64,000 bases of DNA, from assembly GCF_003704095.1 (NCBI RefSeq), contig NW_020846942.1, positions 372,001 to 436,000 of the forward strand, in the 5' to 3' direction. Numbering within the stretch: the stretch's first letter is position 1; each line of letters begins with the position of its first letter. The notes beneath the pieces are model-generated. The model worked only from the letters and a program-made list of their open reading frames with translations, had not been told where the DNA came from and ran no database searches. The position numbers and the translations under genes are program-made. This DNA comes from Pocillopora damicornis (taxonomy: Eukaryota). This document shows, in pieces, positions 1-12,346 of this stretch.

Positions 1-239
1 AGTATCAATACCAATATCAAAAAAAAACATCAGTATCATACTCATTATCAAATCAATTTGGAAAAATGGTTTATTACTGGTCTACAACTGCTTATAAGAC
101 CTCTCACTGCCGTCTGTTCAGTCAGCGAGCAGAATCTCATGTTTCAGCCTATGTCTCCATTGCAGCCAATTAAATGTAAAAAGTTATTCAAACCCCTATT
201 ACCAAACAAATTGCTCATCATATCACAGACTTTTCCTAC

Positions 240-3200
240 CTCAATATAATGTCGAAGTACATAGTGCACCAGACCATTTTCTGCTAAATTTACAAGTTGC
301 TGATGAAATCTCCAAAAGGATCCTGATCCTATCTTTCCATATAACACAACAGCTATGGAGTTGTTTTCAGATTTAGGATAGTGGTGATCAAATTCAAAAC
401 CCTGCACCAAGGGTCTATATTCATGAAGAAGAAAAGACAACAACAAAATGTTTGACTAAAAATATTTAAAAATTACCAATAACAGAATACAATATATATG
501 AAATTTAATTAAAAGAGCAATGTTCTTTCAGCGGAAAGCCAATTTGTTTTTCTCATGCATCTGAAACTTGAGCATTAGAACTAGAAACATACATGTTTTC
601 TGCTTGTTTGATGAGAGAAACAGCTTCTGTAATGTCACATATTGTGCTACTGCCAAGCTGAACAAAAGCCTCACAGTCTGGTGCTGGGAGATCATGGGCA
701 ACCTGATGAAAGAATGAAAAATGTACCAAATAAAATCATATAACTGTTAGGCTCAAATGCCTGAGTGTAGATATGCACACTGCAGAGTCATAACAACCCA
801 TGGTACTAACAGCTTTGTAATATGAGTTTTGGATTACAAACTAAGTTTCAAAACACCTAAATACTGAACAGCAAAGATAATAACTAACTATTCAGCAGAC
901 CTTTTGAAATCTCACCTTATTGAACAGTTCCACCCTGGGGGAATAATACCTCAGTGACAATGAGAATTGCAAGAAATTTAAACCTATCGGAGCTAGCAAC
1001 TGGCCTGCAGTTTTTAAAACATGTTTATATTCATCTGAAATCAAAACAGAGTAAAATACAACATTAAAAACTTATTCAACACTGTGGATAACAGCTCAAA
1101 AACCATCTTTTCACTGTTTACACCCCTTCAGTGCCTCGCATCTAATTTCTCCTTACAATATATCACCACTGAATCAAACATTGAGTCGTGAGAATAAAGG
1201 AAAAGATCCCCAACCTATAATGTTCTTGATTATTAAAATTCTCCTTGTCAGTACCATAGGAAATGTATAGAGAATGGTATAGAGAAACTGTGTGTTGATA
1301 TTATGGCAAAAAGGGTTAAGTAACAACCAGGTGCCAGTTGTTCAAAGGATGGGAAATGCTATCCACTGAACAAATCTCTATCTGGTGGATAGCATATAGT
1401 ATATTTTGTTGGCACTTATCCCATGAATAGCAATTTATCCATTAGATAGAGTTATCCAACCTTTGAAAAACTAGAGCCAGGCCTTTTAAACCTTTAACTC
1501 CCAGATCAAATTTATAATTCTCCTTACTGTCAACCATACAATTCTTATAATGTTAGTTCCGAGAATTTATTATTGGATCAACTAATTATCCCCAAATTGA
1601 TAATTTTCTTTATTCTCATTTCTTTCTCTGGTTGATATTGAATAGATATTGCAAGGAGAAATTCTGTCTTGGTCACTCATGGGAGTTAAAAGGTTAATGC
1701 AGGATTAAGTCAATGAAATAACATCAACTGTTGAACTGAAAAATTAGGAATCTTATTCTTTTGTTATCATGACATTGATTGTAGCTCCTTGGTATACTTC
1801 ACACAATAATTACACCAAAAGAAAATAATCATTCATTACCTAAATCATGACTGAATGATTTATCTTGACATGAATCCACAAACTTCCAAAATTTTTCATT
1901 ACTCTCTGCTGCTAAATATTCACTGAAATTAAAAAAAAAACATCTTATTCCCAGGGTGAGCTGCGTTACAGTACCTATCACTCTTGTCCAAAGAGTGAAG
2001 GACAATTTTCCAAAATTTCTTGAATATTCAGAAATGTGCAGTTGTCTGCGGAGGAGCCTTTTGATCCCCTTGTGTCACCTTCTTTGTATCATGGTCTGGT
2101 TATTCAAAATTTCTAATCATTATATTCATGTATTATATTCATTCAGCTAAAACACAAACAAAAAGTGAAAACTAACTAAGAAAGTAGCAATACTATTACA
2201 AAAGGGTAATTTGATATTATCAACTGAGTTGATATTAAAAATGTAATTTGGCCACCGTAAAGGGTTTCAAAGCTGACATTTTGAGCATTAGCCCTTGATC
2301 AGAGCAAAGCCCTTCCTTCTCACTCTGACGAAGGGTTAACGCTCGAAAGTCAGCCTTGTAACCCTTTATTGTGGCCAATTTACGTTATCACCCTAAATTA
2401 CCCTGTTCTACTCTCCCACTGACGCAGCAACACAGTTTCCTTAGAAACTTACCCCCTAAACACTATTATAAGACTGAGTACATCTGAACCCTTTAAACAA
2501 CTTTCAAATAAATGTGTGTAACACTACTTTAGATAATAAAATTTAGCACCAATACAATTCTAAATTGACATGAAGCGAAAGAATAGTGTAAAGTTCTGAG
2601 AGAATAAGCAACATAGCAGCTAAATGTCTTAGTATAAATTAGCCCAGGCTGGTGATATTTAGCCAGAGCATTCTATGTAGCTGTAGAAGAGCTCTCATAT
2701 CTCTAGTCTTAGGAATATCCTGGGAGTTATGCTGTTTTTTATTTGCTTTTATTCTGATTTATTTTGAAAATAACCCTGTTCTCAACCAACCTTGCTTCAA
2801 GCAGAAGAGGTGTCGATCCCCATCTTGCATCTAGAGAGGCTATTATTGATTTAGAGCTACTTGATTTGCAAAAGGATTGGTGGACTAACGAAAGAAGGGT
2901 AAACAAAGTGGCCACCGTAGTACACATTACCTGCAGAAAGAGTGAAGGAGTTTTAAATCATCTGACGTAGAAAGAGCATGCAGTCGGAAACTTCCGCTAA
3001 TTTGTTGAACAATTTCGTTGGCGATTATAAATTCTCCTCACTGCAGTACGTGCGTTGATTATGTCCGAAAAGTTCCAATAAAAAAATTAAATTTGGGCGG
3101 AATGTGCTACATAATATAAAAAAATCAAAGGTTACATCAATGTACATGTACATTAGTACGTATTACGTGAATCTTAATTTAAAGCAGCACATTTTTCAAT

Positions 3201-3544
3201 CAATTTCAAACAAATAAAATACCACTTAAAGAAACACAGCTTCATTTGAGATGAGTGTTGGAAAACTTAGGCTGCAAGGTTCGGGTTAAAAAAAATGAGC
3301 ACAAATCACCGAAAATCTGACTTGCAATAAAGCTCACGCCAGCCGGTCTTCTTTCATTACAAACTGATCATGAATAACTGAAAAACAGATCATTTTAACC
3401 AATATTACTAAACACAATCATATAAAATACAAGCGGTAAACAATGTATTCATCCAATCTTATATGTCAGGATTCAGCCTTCAACAAAGAAAGAAATCAAT
3501 ACATTTCCTACCCCTGCGTTGCTCAGACACTTTTTGGCCGCCAT
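240..3544 (-). CDS. UGGT: UDP-glucose:glycoprotein glucosyltransferase, 5' exons (gene continues off the left edge)
   Basis: Phase-compatible GT-AG exons 3544-3512, 2930-2791, 1922-1840, 1034-916, 702-593, 414-240. They translate to a signal peptide, then KSIIASLDARWGSTPLLLEASEYLAAESNEKFWKFV, LNFLQFSLSLRYYSPRVE and FEFDHHYP..VVLYGKIG..FHQQL..YVLRHY, which match the UGGT N-terminus. Confidence 0.9.
1329..1480. mobile_element. MITE with GGYCCAGTTGTTCAAA-like TIRs (second copy ~45591-45740)
   Basis: Imperfect inverted ends (gccagttgttcaaagg / cctttgaaaaactagagc), internal ATCCA/TGGAT repeats, and a related copy in a UPF3 intron. Confidence 0.6.
1486..1697. mobile_element. TTAA-flanked piggyBac-type MITE
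   Basis: Reads ttaa-acctttaactccca ... tgggagttaaaaggt-taa. It is the reverse complement of the copy at 40811-41021. Confidence 0.75.
2203..2458. mobile_element. Dispersed repeat carrying two inverted, decayed minimal hammerhead-ribozyme motifs (Penelope/retrozyme-like)
   Basis: Plus-strand motif CTCTGACGAAGGGTTAACGCTCGAAAGTCAGC at 2323-2354 and an inverted degenerate copy at 2271-2305. Flanks are shared with ~38043-38590, ~42985-43096 and ~57451-57890. Confidence 0.65.
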
Positions 3545-4419
3545 CTTGGAAAGAAAGCCAATGCAGTGTAACCACGTCGCTGGCGTTAATTTTATGTGGG
3601 GGAGTGGGAGAAAGTTTCTTTCCAACGTACTTGATGATGAGGCCAGACGATTTCTGTCCCATTGAGCTCATTCCCATTCTTGATATCCCACTTATCTCTC
3701 ATTTACCATTTACCATCCATTCACTCCCACTAATCCATGGGCCTGGACTTCCTCACAATGACCTTTCGGTACCATTCATGATGGAAGGGGGGGGGGGGAG
3801 TAATGCTGACGTGAATTTTTTTTAAAACAAAACTTACTCCAGTTTAGTTATTTTGTATAATAGCAGTGCTTAATAGGTAGCTAAACAGGGAATATCACAG
3901 GAAATAAACAATAAGAGAGTACATTCCTTCCCTCGTCTCCACAGACCGAGAAAGCCTGGCACAGTCTACTTTTAGAAGGATTTTAAAAGACACATTCCGG
4001 ATGATAGATCGTGCTAACCAATCAAAATGCTTTGCTTCGTTGCTTTAATTAACTGTCATTCCGAGCCCAAGTGTTTTCAAATGACAGTGAACAGAGATTT
4101 CTAAGTTCTTCTCCTTAATTGTATCGTTAACAGATCAAGGTAATTGTTTTAATCCGTCTTTGAGGTTCACAGGTACGACAAGGGGTAGACAATTAATACT
4201 GCTAAAGGTAAATCTACCTTTAAAGTGGCTTATATCTTTTCTCTCCTTTATATTAGTTCTGCGATGCTTTATAACCCGATGGTGACGCACCAATATGGAT
4301 GAATTTGAATGCCCTTCAAACGGCTTTCTTGTGCCACAAAAGAAGTTTCCTTATATGTTTCTTTCAAGTTTGTCCAGTGACATATCTAAGTTCATAGGCA
4401 GTGGTGAGATTAAAACAAA

Positions 4420-5830
4420 GACCATTCATTTTCAAAATATTCGTGTTAACCTTTAATAAGCATCTTTGTTTGCATGTGAAAAGTGGACAAATTGAATATT
4501 CATGCATAAATGCAAATTTAATGATCACGTAATCTTCTGTTTTGAGAGCATTCAGCAAAATAATCGCATTTATTGGTATTAATCAGTCAGTTGGGGAATA
4601 AAAGTTTCGATCATCTTTGCTAAAGATGATTTTTGGCCTGTAAAAGAGTATTTGTAAGAGTAATTTGCATATTCGTGAAGTTTATTATGTTGCAAAAATT
4701 TTGTAGTGTCGAGTTTCCAAATCCGTTTAACTTTTATTTCCTTGTGTGTTCCATTTTTCGNNNNNNNNNNNNNNNNNNNNNNNNNNNNNNNNNNNNNNNN
4801 NNNNNNNNNNNNNNNNNNNNNNNNNNNNNNNNNNNNNNNNNNNNNNNNNNNNNNNNNNNNGTCGACACAATGCCGGAACTAGAATGTTCGAGAAGAATGG
4901 TTTGAGAAACAGAAAAATTCTCTTTCATATGTGAAAGAGGATTCACTTCCATTTACGCGTTCTTTTCAAATTTCATGTCGCCGTTGATAGAAGTAATTGA
5001 TGATAATGATAATGCATGCGAACATTCTGGACATGTTTACATTTGCACCAATGTAGCACTATCAAATAGCTCCAGAGATTTATCGATTTCATAAATACCA
5101 ACTTTTATTCTCTCTCCCGATTTGCTTGATAAATTTAGGCGACAAATATTAGAATTGGTCGCGCAAAACAGAAGTATGGTTTCCCTGCACTAACTAGTAG
5201 GGGCTTGATTAATGCAGAATAATTATTGAAGCTAAAATCACTGTCATCTTTTCTCCTGCTACACGTCCATCAACCTGTTCAATGGAAAAAAATCCTCCTA
5301 AAAATAAACGTTTTATAGTAAAGCGCATGAGAGCTTTAGAATAGGACGCTATAGAAATTTTTGTATGATTATTATTATTATCCATATTGAAAACACTTCT
5401 GTGAACCCTTTAATAAGCATCTTTGTTTACGTGTGAAAAGTGGACAGATTGAATAATCATGCCTAAATACAAGTTTAAAGATCACGTGATCTTCTGTTTT
5501 GAGAACATTCAGCAAAATAATTGCATTTATTGGTACTAATCAGTCAGTTGGGGAATAAAAGTTTCGATCATCTTTGCTAAAGATGATTTTTGGCCTGTAA
5601 AATGGTATCTTGTTTGAATATGAAAACTTGAAATTTGCATATTGGTGAAATCTATTATGTTGCAAAAATTTGGTTGCGTTGAGTTTTCGAATCCAATTAA
5701 CTTTGTTTATTATTATTTCCGTGAGATCCACATATCCTGCACTTGTTACTGCGTGTTCTATATCTAAAAAACACTTTTTTCCGAATCCGTTTAACTTTGA
5801 TTATTCTCGTTTCCTTGTGTGCTCTATTTT
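4420..5830 (+). repeat. Duplicated TRPA upstream segment (~4420-4760 vs ~5380-5830)
   Basis: A long shared block (ctttaataagcatctttgttt...aatcagtcagttggggaataaaagtttcgatcatctttgctaaagatgatttttggcctgtaaaa...) occurs on both sides of the gap at 4761-4860. Confidence 0.8.
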
Positions 5831-6317
5831 TTGCGTGATAGAGGACATTGAGTCACCGATGACAAGTCGTCTGCCGCCTATGAATTCGAATTAATGTCTG
5901 TACTACGTTGATTGTCCGACTTAAGTATGGAAGCTTCTTTCGACCAGAAAATAAATGTTGTATACCTCGACGAAAGTCGCAGAACTCCTGTGCATCGTGC
6001 TGCTCTGGATGGTAAGCACGAACAGGTGGAAGAAAAAGTACGAGTCACCTCCGGACTGGATGACCAAGATGAACAAGAAAGGACCCCACTGCATCATGCG
6101 ACCGAACACGGACACAGGTACCTTTGCCCGGTTTATCTCAAAGAGATTTAAGGTTAAGTGTCATAATGTGAAACGTATGATTCCGAACACACAGTTGGTG
6201 GAGCCAAACACAGTTTTCGTCCCCTTTGATTCTGATCAGCGAAAATAATACTTACTGTAAAATCTACAGGTTGCAGTGGATGTGTAGTTATTAATAAGAG
6301 GGTCTTGATGGGGTGTA

Positions 6318-7557
6318 GCTTTTATGGCTAACGCTTAAAAATACTGGCCAATCTATGGCTAACGGTTAATATCTTTCCAATGTGGTCGACCAATGGTTAC
6401 CGCCATTGAGACCCTATTTATAGAATCAAACTGTAGAATTCTTAAAAAGTTTTGAATTTGAAGATTTTGAAAGAATGAATCATTGAAAAAGTGAAGTATA
6501 AGAATTGACACCAACTGAAGTAAATGAAAGGGCTACACTGGAAAAATAAAGTAAGTGCATTGCTTTCTGTTGTATNNNNNNNNNNNNNNNNNNNNNNNNN
6601 NNNNNNNNNNNNNNNNNNNNNNNNNNNNNNNNNNNNNNNNNNNNNNNNNNNNNNNNNNNNNNNNNNNNNNNNNNNNNNNNNCTCTAAGCACCAAACATAA
6701 GAGCAGATTTTATCTTAATATTCCAAAGGGATAACTAATATTACAAGTTCCCTTCTTTCACGAGGAATTGAATTTTAGACCATTAGTCTTGAATNNNNNN
6801 NNNNNNNNNNNNNNNNNNNNNNNNNNNNNNNNNNNNNNNNNNNNNNNNNNNNNNNNNNNNNNNNNNNNNNNNNNNNNNNNNNNNNNNNNNNNNNAGCTTT
6901 TACGGCTAACGCTTAAAAATATTGGCCAATCTATGGCTAACGGTTAAATTTTTACTCTTCGCGGCTAATTCCATTTGGCCGATTGGCGGTCAATGGTTAC
7001 CGCCATTGAGACCCTATTTATAAAATCAAACGGTAGAATTCTCAAAAAGTTTTAAATTTAGCGATTTTAAAAGAATGATTAATTGATAAAAGGAAGTATA
7101 AGAATTGACAACTGAGGTAAATGAAAGGGCTACACTGGAAAAATAAAGTAAGTTCATTGCTTTCTGTTGTATGAGAAACGGTGGCCAAAGGGTTGAAGTT
7201 CTGGGTTCTATCCTTGGCATGGTTGCTGTGTTGTGTTCCAGTACAAGACACACGCATCTCCCACAGCGCCTTTCTCCAACAAAAGTTATATATGGGTACC
7301 GTTGAACTGTCAGAGAAACCTGACAAAACGTTATAGGGGTCAACGGGGGAGGGGGGTAGCCCGAGATGGGCTATCATACCCTTCTGGGGGTATAGCCAAT
7401 ACTTGTGCTTGCTCTATGCTACGGCTGCCACGATAAGTTTCGACTCTCAGGGCACCAAACATGAGAGCAGATTTCACCCTTATTATTCTAAAGGGATAAC
7501 TAATGTTACAAGTTCCCTTTTTTCACGAGGAATTGAATTTGAGACCATCAGTCTTTA
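6318..7557 (+). repeat. Duplicated TRPA intron-1 segments separated by gaps
   Basis: 6318-6575 matches 6895-7172, and 6681-6794 matches ~7444-7557. This implies additional, incompletely assembled gene copies. Confidence 0.8.
7180..7460 (+). mobile_element. Degenerate tRNA-derived SINE (related copies ~24590-24740, ~44120-44270, ~50510-50740)
   Basis: A/B-box-like head (ggtggccaaagggtt...ggttctatcc) followed by the body tgtgttgtgttc...atgggtaccg..gaactgtcag..aaacctgacaaaa. The body recurs as a reverse complement at ~50590-50700. Confidence 0.6.
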
Positions 7558-10226
7558 ATCCACCATTGCAACTGTTCGGTTGCGTTTTCTCTTGGAAAAA
7601 TGAAAATAAGATTAAACATTGAACCAACACAAAGCGTAGATGTTTGAGTTTTCGTTTTCTACATGCAGGAAAGTTTGCCACACTCTGTTACAACATGGCG
7701 CTAACTCTTCTATTAAGGACAGAGAACACTGGACACCACTAATGAGTGCATCAGACCTGGGCAAGGAACAGTCGTGCCAAGATATACTCACTGTTAATCC
7801 CGAGACTGATGACGTGAATATGGATGGAGAAACAGCATTGCATATTGCGTGTAGGAGAGGACATGTGGGTGTTGTCAATCTGCTAATGGATTACGGGGCA
7901 AGTTTGAATGTTTGTAACAAAGATGGTGTAACGTGTTTTGAGACAGCCGCCAAGTCAGGAAAGAGCGAAGTTGTGTTTGCAATGATAAAGCATAAAAGGT
8001 ATGAACGGTCTCTCCAAACTGAGCTGTTATCTACCAGTTAAACTCAAAGTTTTAATGGCAGGAAGTGAGAGACTCGACTTGCACATGACAGCCGAAAAGT
8101 AAAAGTACAGAAGAGCGTAAGTAAAGCTGGGCAAGCTGGGCTATGAAAACAACGGTCTCCTCTTCGTTTTGGTGCTACGATTAAGACGTTTTTCTTGCGT
8201 TATATTTTAAGATAGCTAAAAATGGTTAAGTAAATTTTCAAAACCAAGTCTTAGATGGAACGTAGCTTTAATGCCATTCTTTCCTCTGTTTTCTTGTATC
8301 AATGGAAATTTTAGACTCTTTCTCAAATAACAGTCGTAATTATTTTTCTGACACATAAGGTCAGTTCAGCAGAGCCAAAGCCTCTTAGAAACACCCCTAT
8401 GTTTAACCTTATGTAAGTTTCACCCCAAGCTAAGCTCGGTTCCCCCTTTTTTTTAATTGAATTGCAAAGCTTTACTAAAAATCTCAGACGAACTAACCCA
8501 GGATCTCCTGCACTTTGTTATAGCTGGAGATTTTTTGATACGTTTTGTTAAGGAAACACACGAAAAGTGTGTTAATGTCCATTCATTAATAATTAATATT
8601 TTAGGATAAACCTCTTTATGAGCCACCTTGAGCTTCCTTCCTCGGACAACCTAAAGAAAATCTGTCTAGGTTAAGATATAATTTCAAGATTTATTAGACT
8701 TAGGGGTCATATGATTGATTGAGTTTGGTCGGGCGCACGGGTAAATACTTGACTTTGACTCTGTTTTATTGCTTCTGAACAGATGGATGGAAATAATGGA
8801 ACACAAGGATAAGAAGGGCCTTACCCCCATGAAGCTTCTCATAAAACACTTCCCAGAGAGTGCACAGCTGGTCATGGATTACTGCATCGATCGATCAGAG
8901 ACAGAAAGTTCCGATGATCCAAATTTTACCGTTACTTGCAACCTCCGTTTCCTAGACCCCAATCCTACTCACACCACTTGCCTGAGAGAAAGCCGTTTCT
9001 TTGGACCGAGCACCATGGTGAAACACGAGCGTAGAGAATTACTCGATCATCCTTTGACACAGGTCTTGCTGAATAAGAAGTGGTCTTCTTTCGGGCGCTT
9101 GGTGTTCTTCTTTAACTTTATGTTCTATTTTGTCTTTGTTGTCATGATTACAGCTTTCTTAATCCGATTCATGCAGAACGGTGACAAAGAATTGGGAGAT
9201 TATTTTATTTATGTATATCCAATAGCATTTTTACTTATAGGCGTCCAGTTCACCAAGGAAGTTATTGCAATACTTGTCCAGAGGCTTCAGTATTTCACCA
9301 CTTTAAACAATCTCACTGAATGGTTACTCTACAGTACGACGACTTCATTCATGGTGTCACTTTTCATTTTCGATCTAATATTTTCGTTATCCGGCCGTGA
9401 TAAGCGTGATATTGTTTATCCACAATTCATCTGGGTGTTGGGTGCCATTTCGATTTTTCTTTGCTATGCGAACCTAGTCTTGGTTCTTCGTCGGTTGAGT
9501 CTGGTTGGAATCTATGTCACCATGTTTATAGAGGTCGGTTTTAAAAGTACTTCTGATCTTCTTTGTCTTGTTCTTTGGGTTCTCCATGGTGTTCTACGTC
9601 CTCTTTAAATCAGAGGTAAGATGAAATAAGAGATAAGTGTGTATGTGAGTAAATTTGCTTCTGTTTGTGATTTATGTGAGTTTTTTCCCTTTTTTATCAT
9701 GCTCGTAATCTAAAACCGAAAGTAAAAATATTCCTCATACTGTACCTTTTCGCGCCGTTTATTGACTCGCTCCATAGCAACAAGCCTGACAGATTTGGTT
9801 ACAGTAATTTTCAGTGCGCTTTGACGACATATAAAGCTCGCTCGGTCTCGTCAAGGGTATCTTGGAATCATGACTCAACTAAAATCGCTGCATTTGTAGT
9901 AAACGAAATATACAGTAATAGTAAACAATTAACAAAAGTCCATTAAATTGTCCGGGTTTGCCATAAGGATCTATTCCCTTCAGTAATACGCTTATGGAAA
10001 AGGAATGAGCATTGGCTAAAGCGCTGAGAGTCTCTCGTATTTCCTCCACAGGAGTCGGTATTTAAGCATCTTGGATTTGCCTTACTGAAGGTGACAGTGA
10101 TGACAATTGGAGAGGTTGACTTTGAANNNNNNNNNNNNNNNNNNNNNNNNNNNNNNNNNNNNNNNNNNNNNNNNNNNNNNNNNNNNNNNNNNNNNNNNNN
10201 NNNNNNNNNNNNNNNNNNNNNNNNNN

Positions 10227-11821
10227 CATAGCAAAGGAAAATCGAAATGGCACCCAACACCCAGATGAATTGTGGGTAAAGATTAAGACGCTTCTCAACA
10301 CCGAATAACGAATATAACAGATCGATAATGAAAAGTAACGTTATGAATGAAAGCGTCGTACTGTAGAGTATCCATTCAGTGAGATTGCCTAAAGTGGTGA
10401 AATAACGAAACCTCTGGACAAGTATTGCAATAACTTCCTTAGTGAACTGGACAAATATAAGTAAAAATACTATTGGATACATAAAAAAATCTCCCAATCC
10501 TTCATCACCGTTCTGCATGAATCAGATTAAGAAAGCTGTAAACGTGACAACAAAGACAAAATAGAACATAAAGTTAAAGTAGAACACTAAGCGCCCGAAA
10601 GAAGATCATTTCTTATTCAGCAAGACCTGTGTCAAAGGATGATCGAGTAATTCTCTACGTTCGTGTTTCACCATGGTGCTCGGTCCAAAGAAACGGCTTT
10701 CTCTCAGGCAAATGGTGTGAGTAGGACTGGGGTCTAGGAAACGGAGGTTGCAAGTAATGGTAAAATTTGGATCATCGGAACTTTCTGTCTCTGATCGATC
10801 AATGCAGTAATCCATGACCAGCTGTGCACTCTCCGGGAAGTGTTTTATGAGAAGCTTCATGGGGGTAAGGCCCTTCTTATCCTTGTGTTCCATTATTTCC
10901 ATCCATCTGTTCAGAAGCAATAAAACAGAGTCAGAGTCAAATATTTCCCGCTCCGGCCGACCAAACTCAATCAATCATGTGACCCCTAAGTCAAACAAAT
11001 CTTGAAATTGTGCCTTAACCTAAACAGATTTTCTTTCGGTTGTCCAAGGATGGAAGCTCAAGATGGCTCATGAAGAGGTTTATCCTAAAATACTAATTAT
11101 TTATGAATGGACACTAAAACACTTTTCGTGTGTTTCCCTAACAAAACGTATCAAAAAATCTCCAGCTATAACAAAGTGCAGGAGATCCTGGGTGGTATTT
11201 ATCTGAGATTTGTATTAAAGCTTGGCAATTCGATTGAGAAAAAGGGGGAACCGAACTAAGTTTTGGGTGAAGCTTACATAAGGTTAAACATAACTGTGTT
11301 TCTGAGAGGCTTTGGCTCTCTGTGTCAGAAAAATGATCACGACTGCTTTTTGAGAAAGAGTGGAGAATTTCCATTGATATAAGAAAACAGAGGAAAGAAT
11401 GGCACTAAAGCTACATTCCATCTAAGGCTTGGTTTTGAATTTTTTATTTTACCATTTTTAGCTATCTTAGAAGCAAAGAAAACGTCTTAATCGTAGCGCC
11501 AAAACGAAGAGGAGACCGTTGTTTTCATCGCCCAGCTTGCCCAACTTTCGTAATGCTCTTCTCTACTCTTACTTTTCGGTTGCCATGTGCAAGTCAAGTC
11601 TCCTACTTCCTGCAATTAAAACTTTGAATTTAAATGGTAGATACCAGTTCAGTCTGGGGTAACCGTTCATACCTTTTATGCTTTATCATTGCAAACACAA
11701 CTTCGCTCTTTCCTGCCTTAACGGCGGCCTCAAAACACGTTACACCATCTTTGTTACAAACATTCAAACTTGCCCCGTGATCCATTAGCAGGTTGACAAC
11801 GCTCACATGTCCTCTCCTACA
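10227..11821 (-). pseudogene. TRPA-like channel, copy 2 (inverted fragment with two nonsense codons)
   Basis: Paralogous to copy 1 exons 2-3. It has NKK-TGA where the others have TGG (10606-10608) and LI-TGA where the others have CGA (~10522-10524). Gaps bound it on both sides. Confidence 0.85.
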
Positions 11822-12346
11822 NNNNNNNNNNNNNNNNNNNNNNNNNNNNNNNNNNNNNNNNNNNNNNNNNNNNNNNNNNNNNNNNNNNNNNNNNNNNNNN
11901 NNNNNNNNNNNNNNNNNNNNNGAACTGGTATCTACCATTTATACTCAAAGTTTTAATGGCAGGAAGTAGGAGACTCGACCTGCACGTGACGGCCGAAAAG
12001 CAAGAGTATAGAAGAGCATTACGAAAGTTGGGCAAGCTGGGCGATGAAAACAACGGTCTCCTCTTCGTTTTGGCGCTACGATTAAGGCGTTTTCCTTGCT
12101 TTTAAGATAGCTAAAAATGGTAAAATAAATTTTCAAAACCAAGCCTTAGATGGAACTTAGCTTTAGTGCCATTCTTTCCTCTGTTTTCTCGTATCCATGG
12201 AAATTCTCGATTCTTTCTCAAAAAGCAGTCGTGATCATTATTCTTACACCAAAGGTCACTTCAGCAGAGCCAAAGCCTCTAAGAAACACCCTTATGTTTA
12301 ACCTTATGTAAGCTTCACCCAAAACTTAGTTCGGTTCCCGCTTTTT

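Larger units (their letters stand above)
5927..10126 (+). pseudogene. TRPA-like ankyrin-repeat cation channel, copy 1 (frameshifted; may be a composite of copies across gaps)
   Basis: Exons 5927-6117 and 7669-7998 encode ankyrin repeats (TPVHRAA, TPLHHAT, TPLMSAS, TALHIAC). Exon 8783-9615 encodes the linker, ELLDHPL..LLNKKW and S1-S5. Exon 10052-10126 encodes the pore helix ALLKVTVMTIGEVDF. An 8-bp deletion near 9536 relative to copy 3 shifts the frame. Confidence 0.8.

Noticed and set aside
3463-3825. 120-aa ORF overlapping the UGGT start
   Set aside because: Antisense to UGGT exon 1 and promoter, with no recognisable motif.
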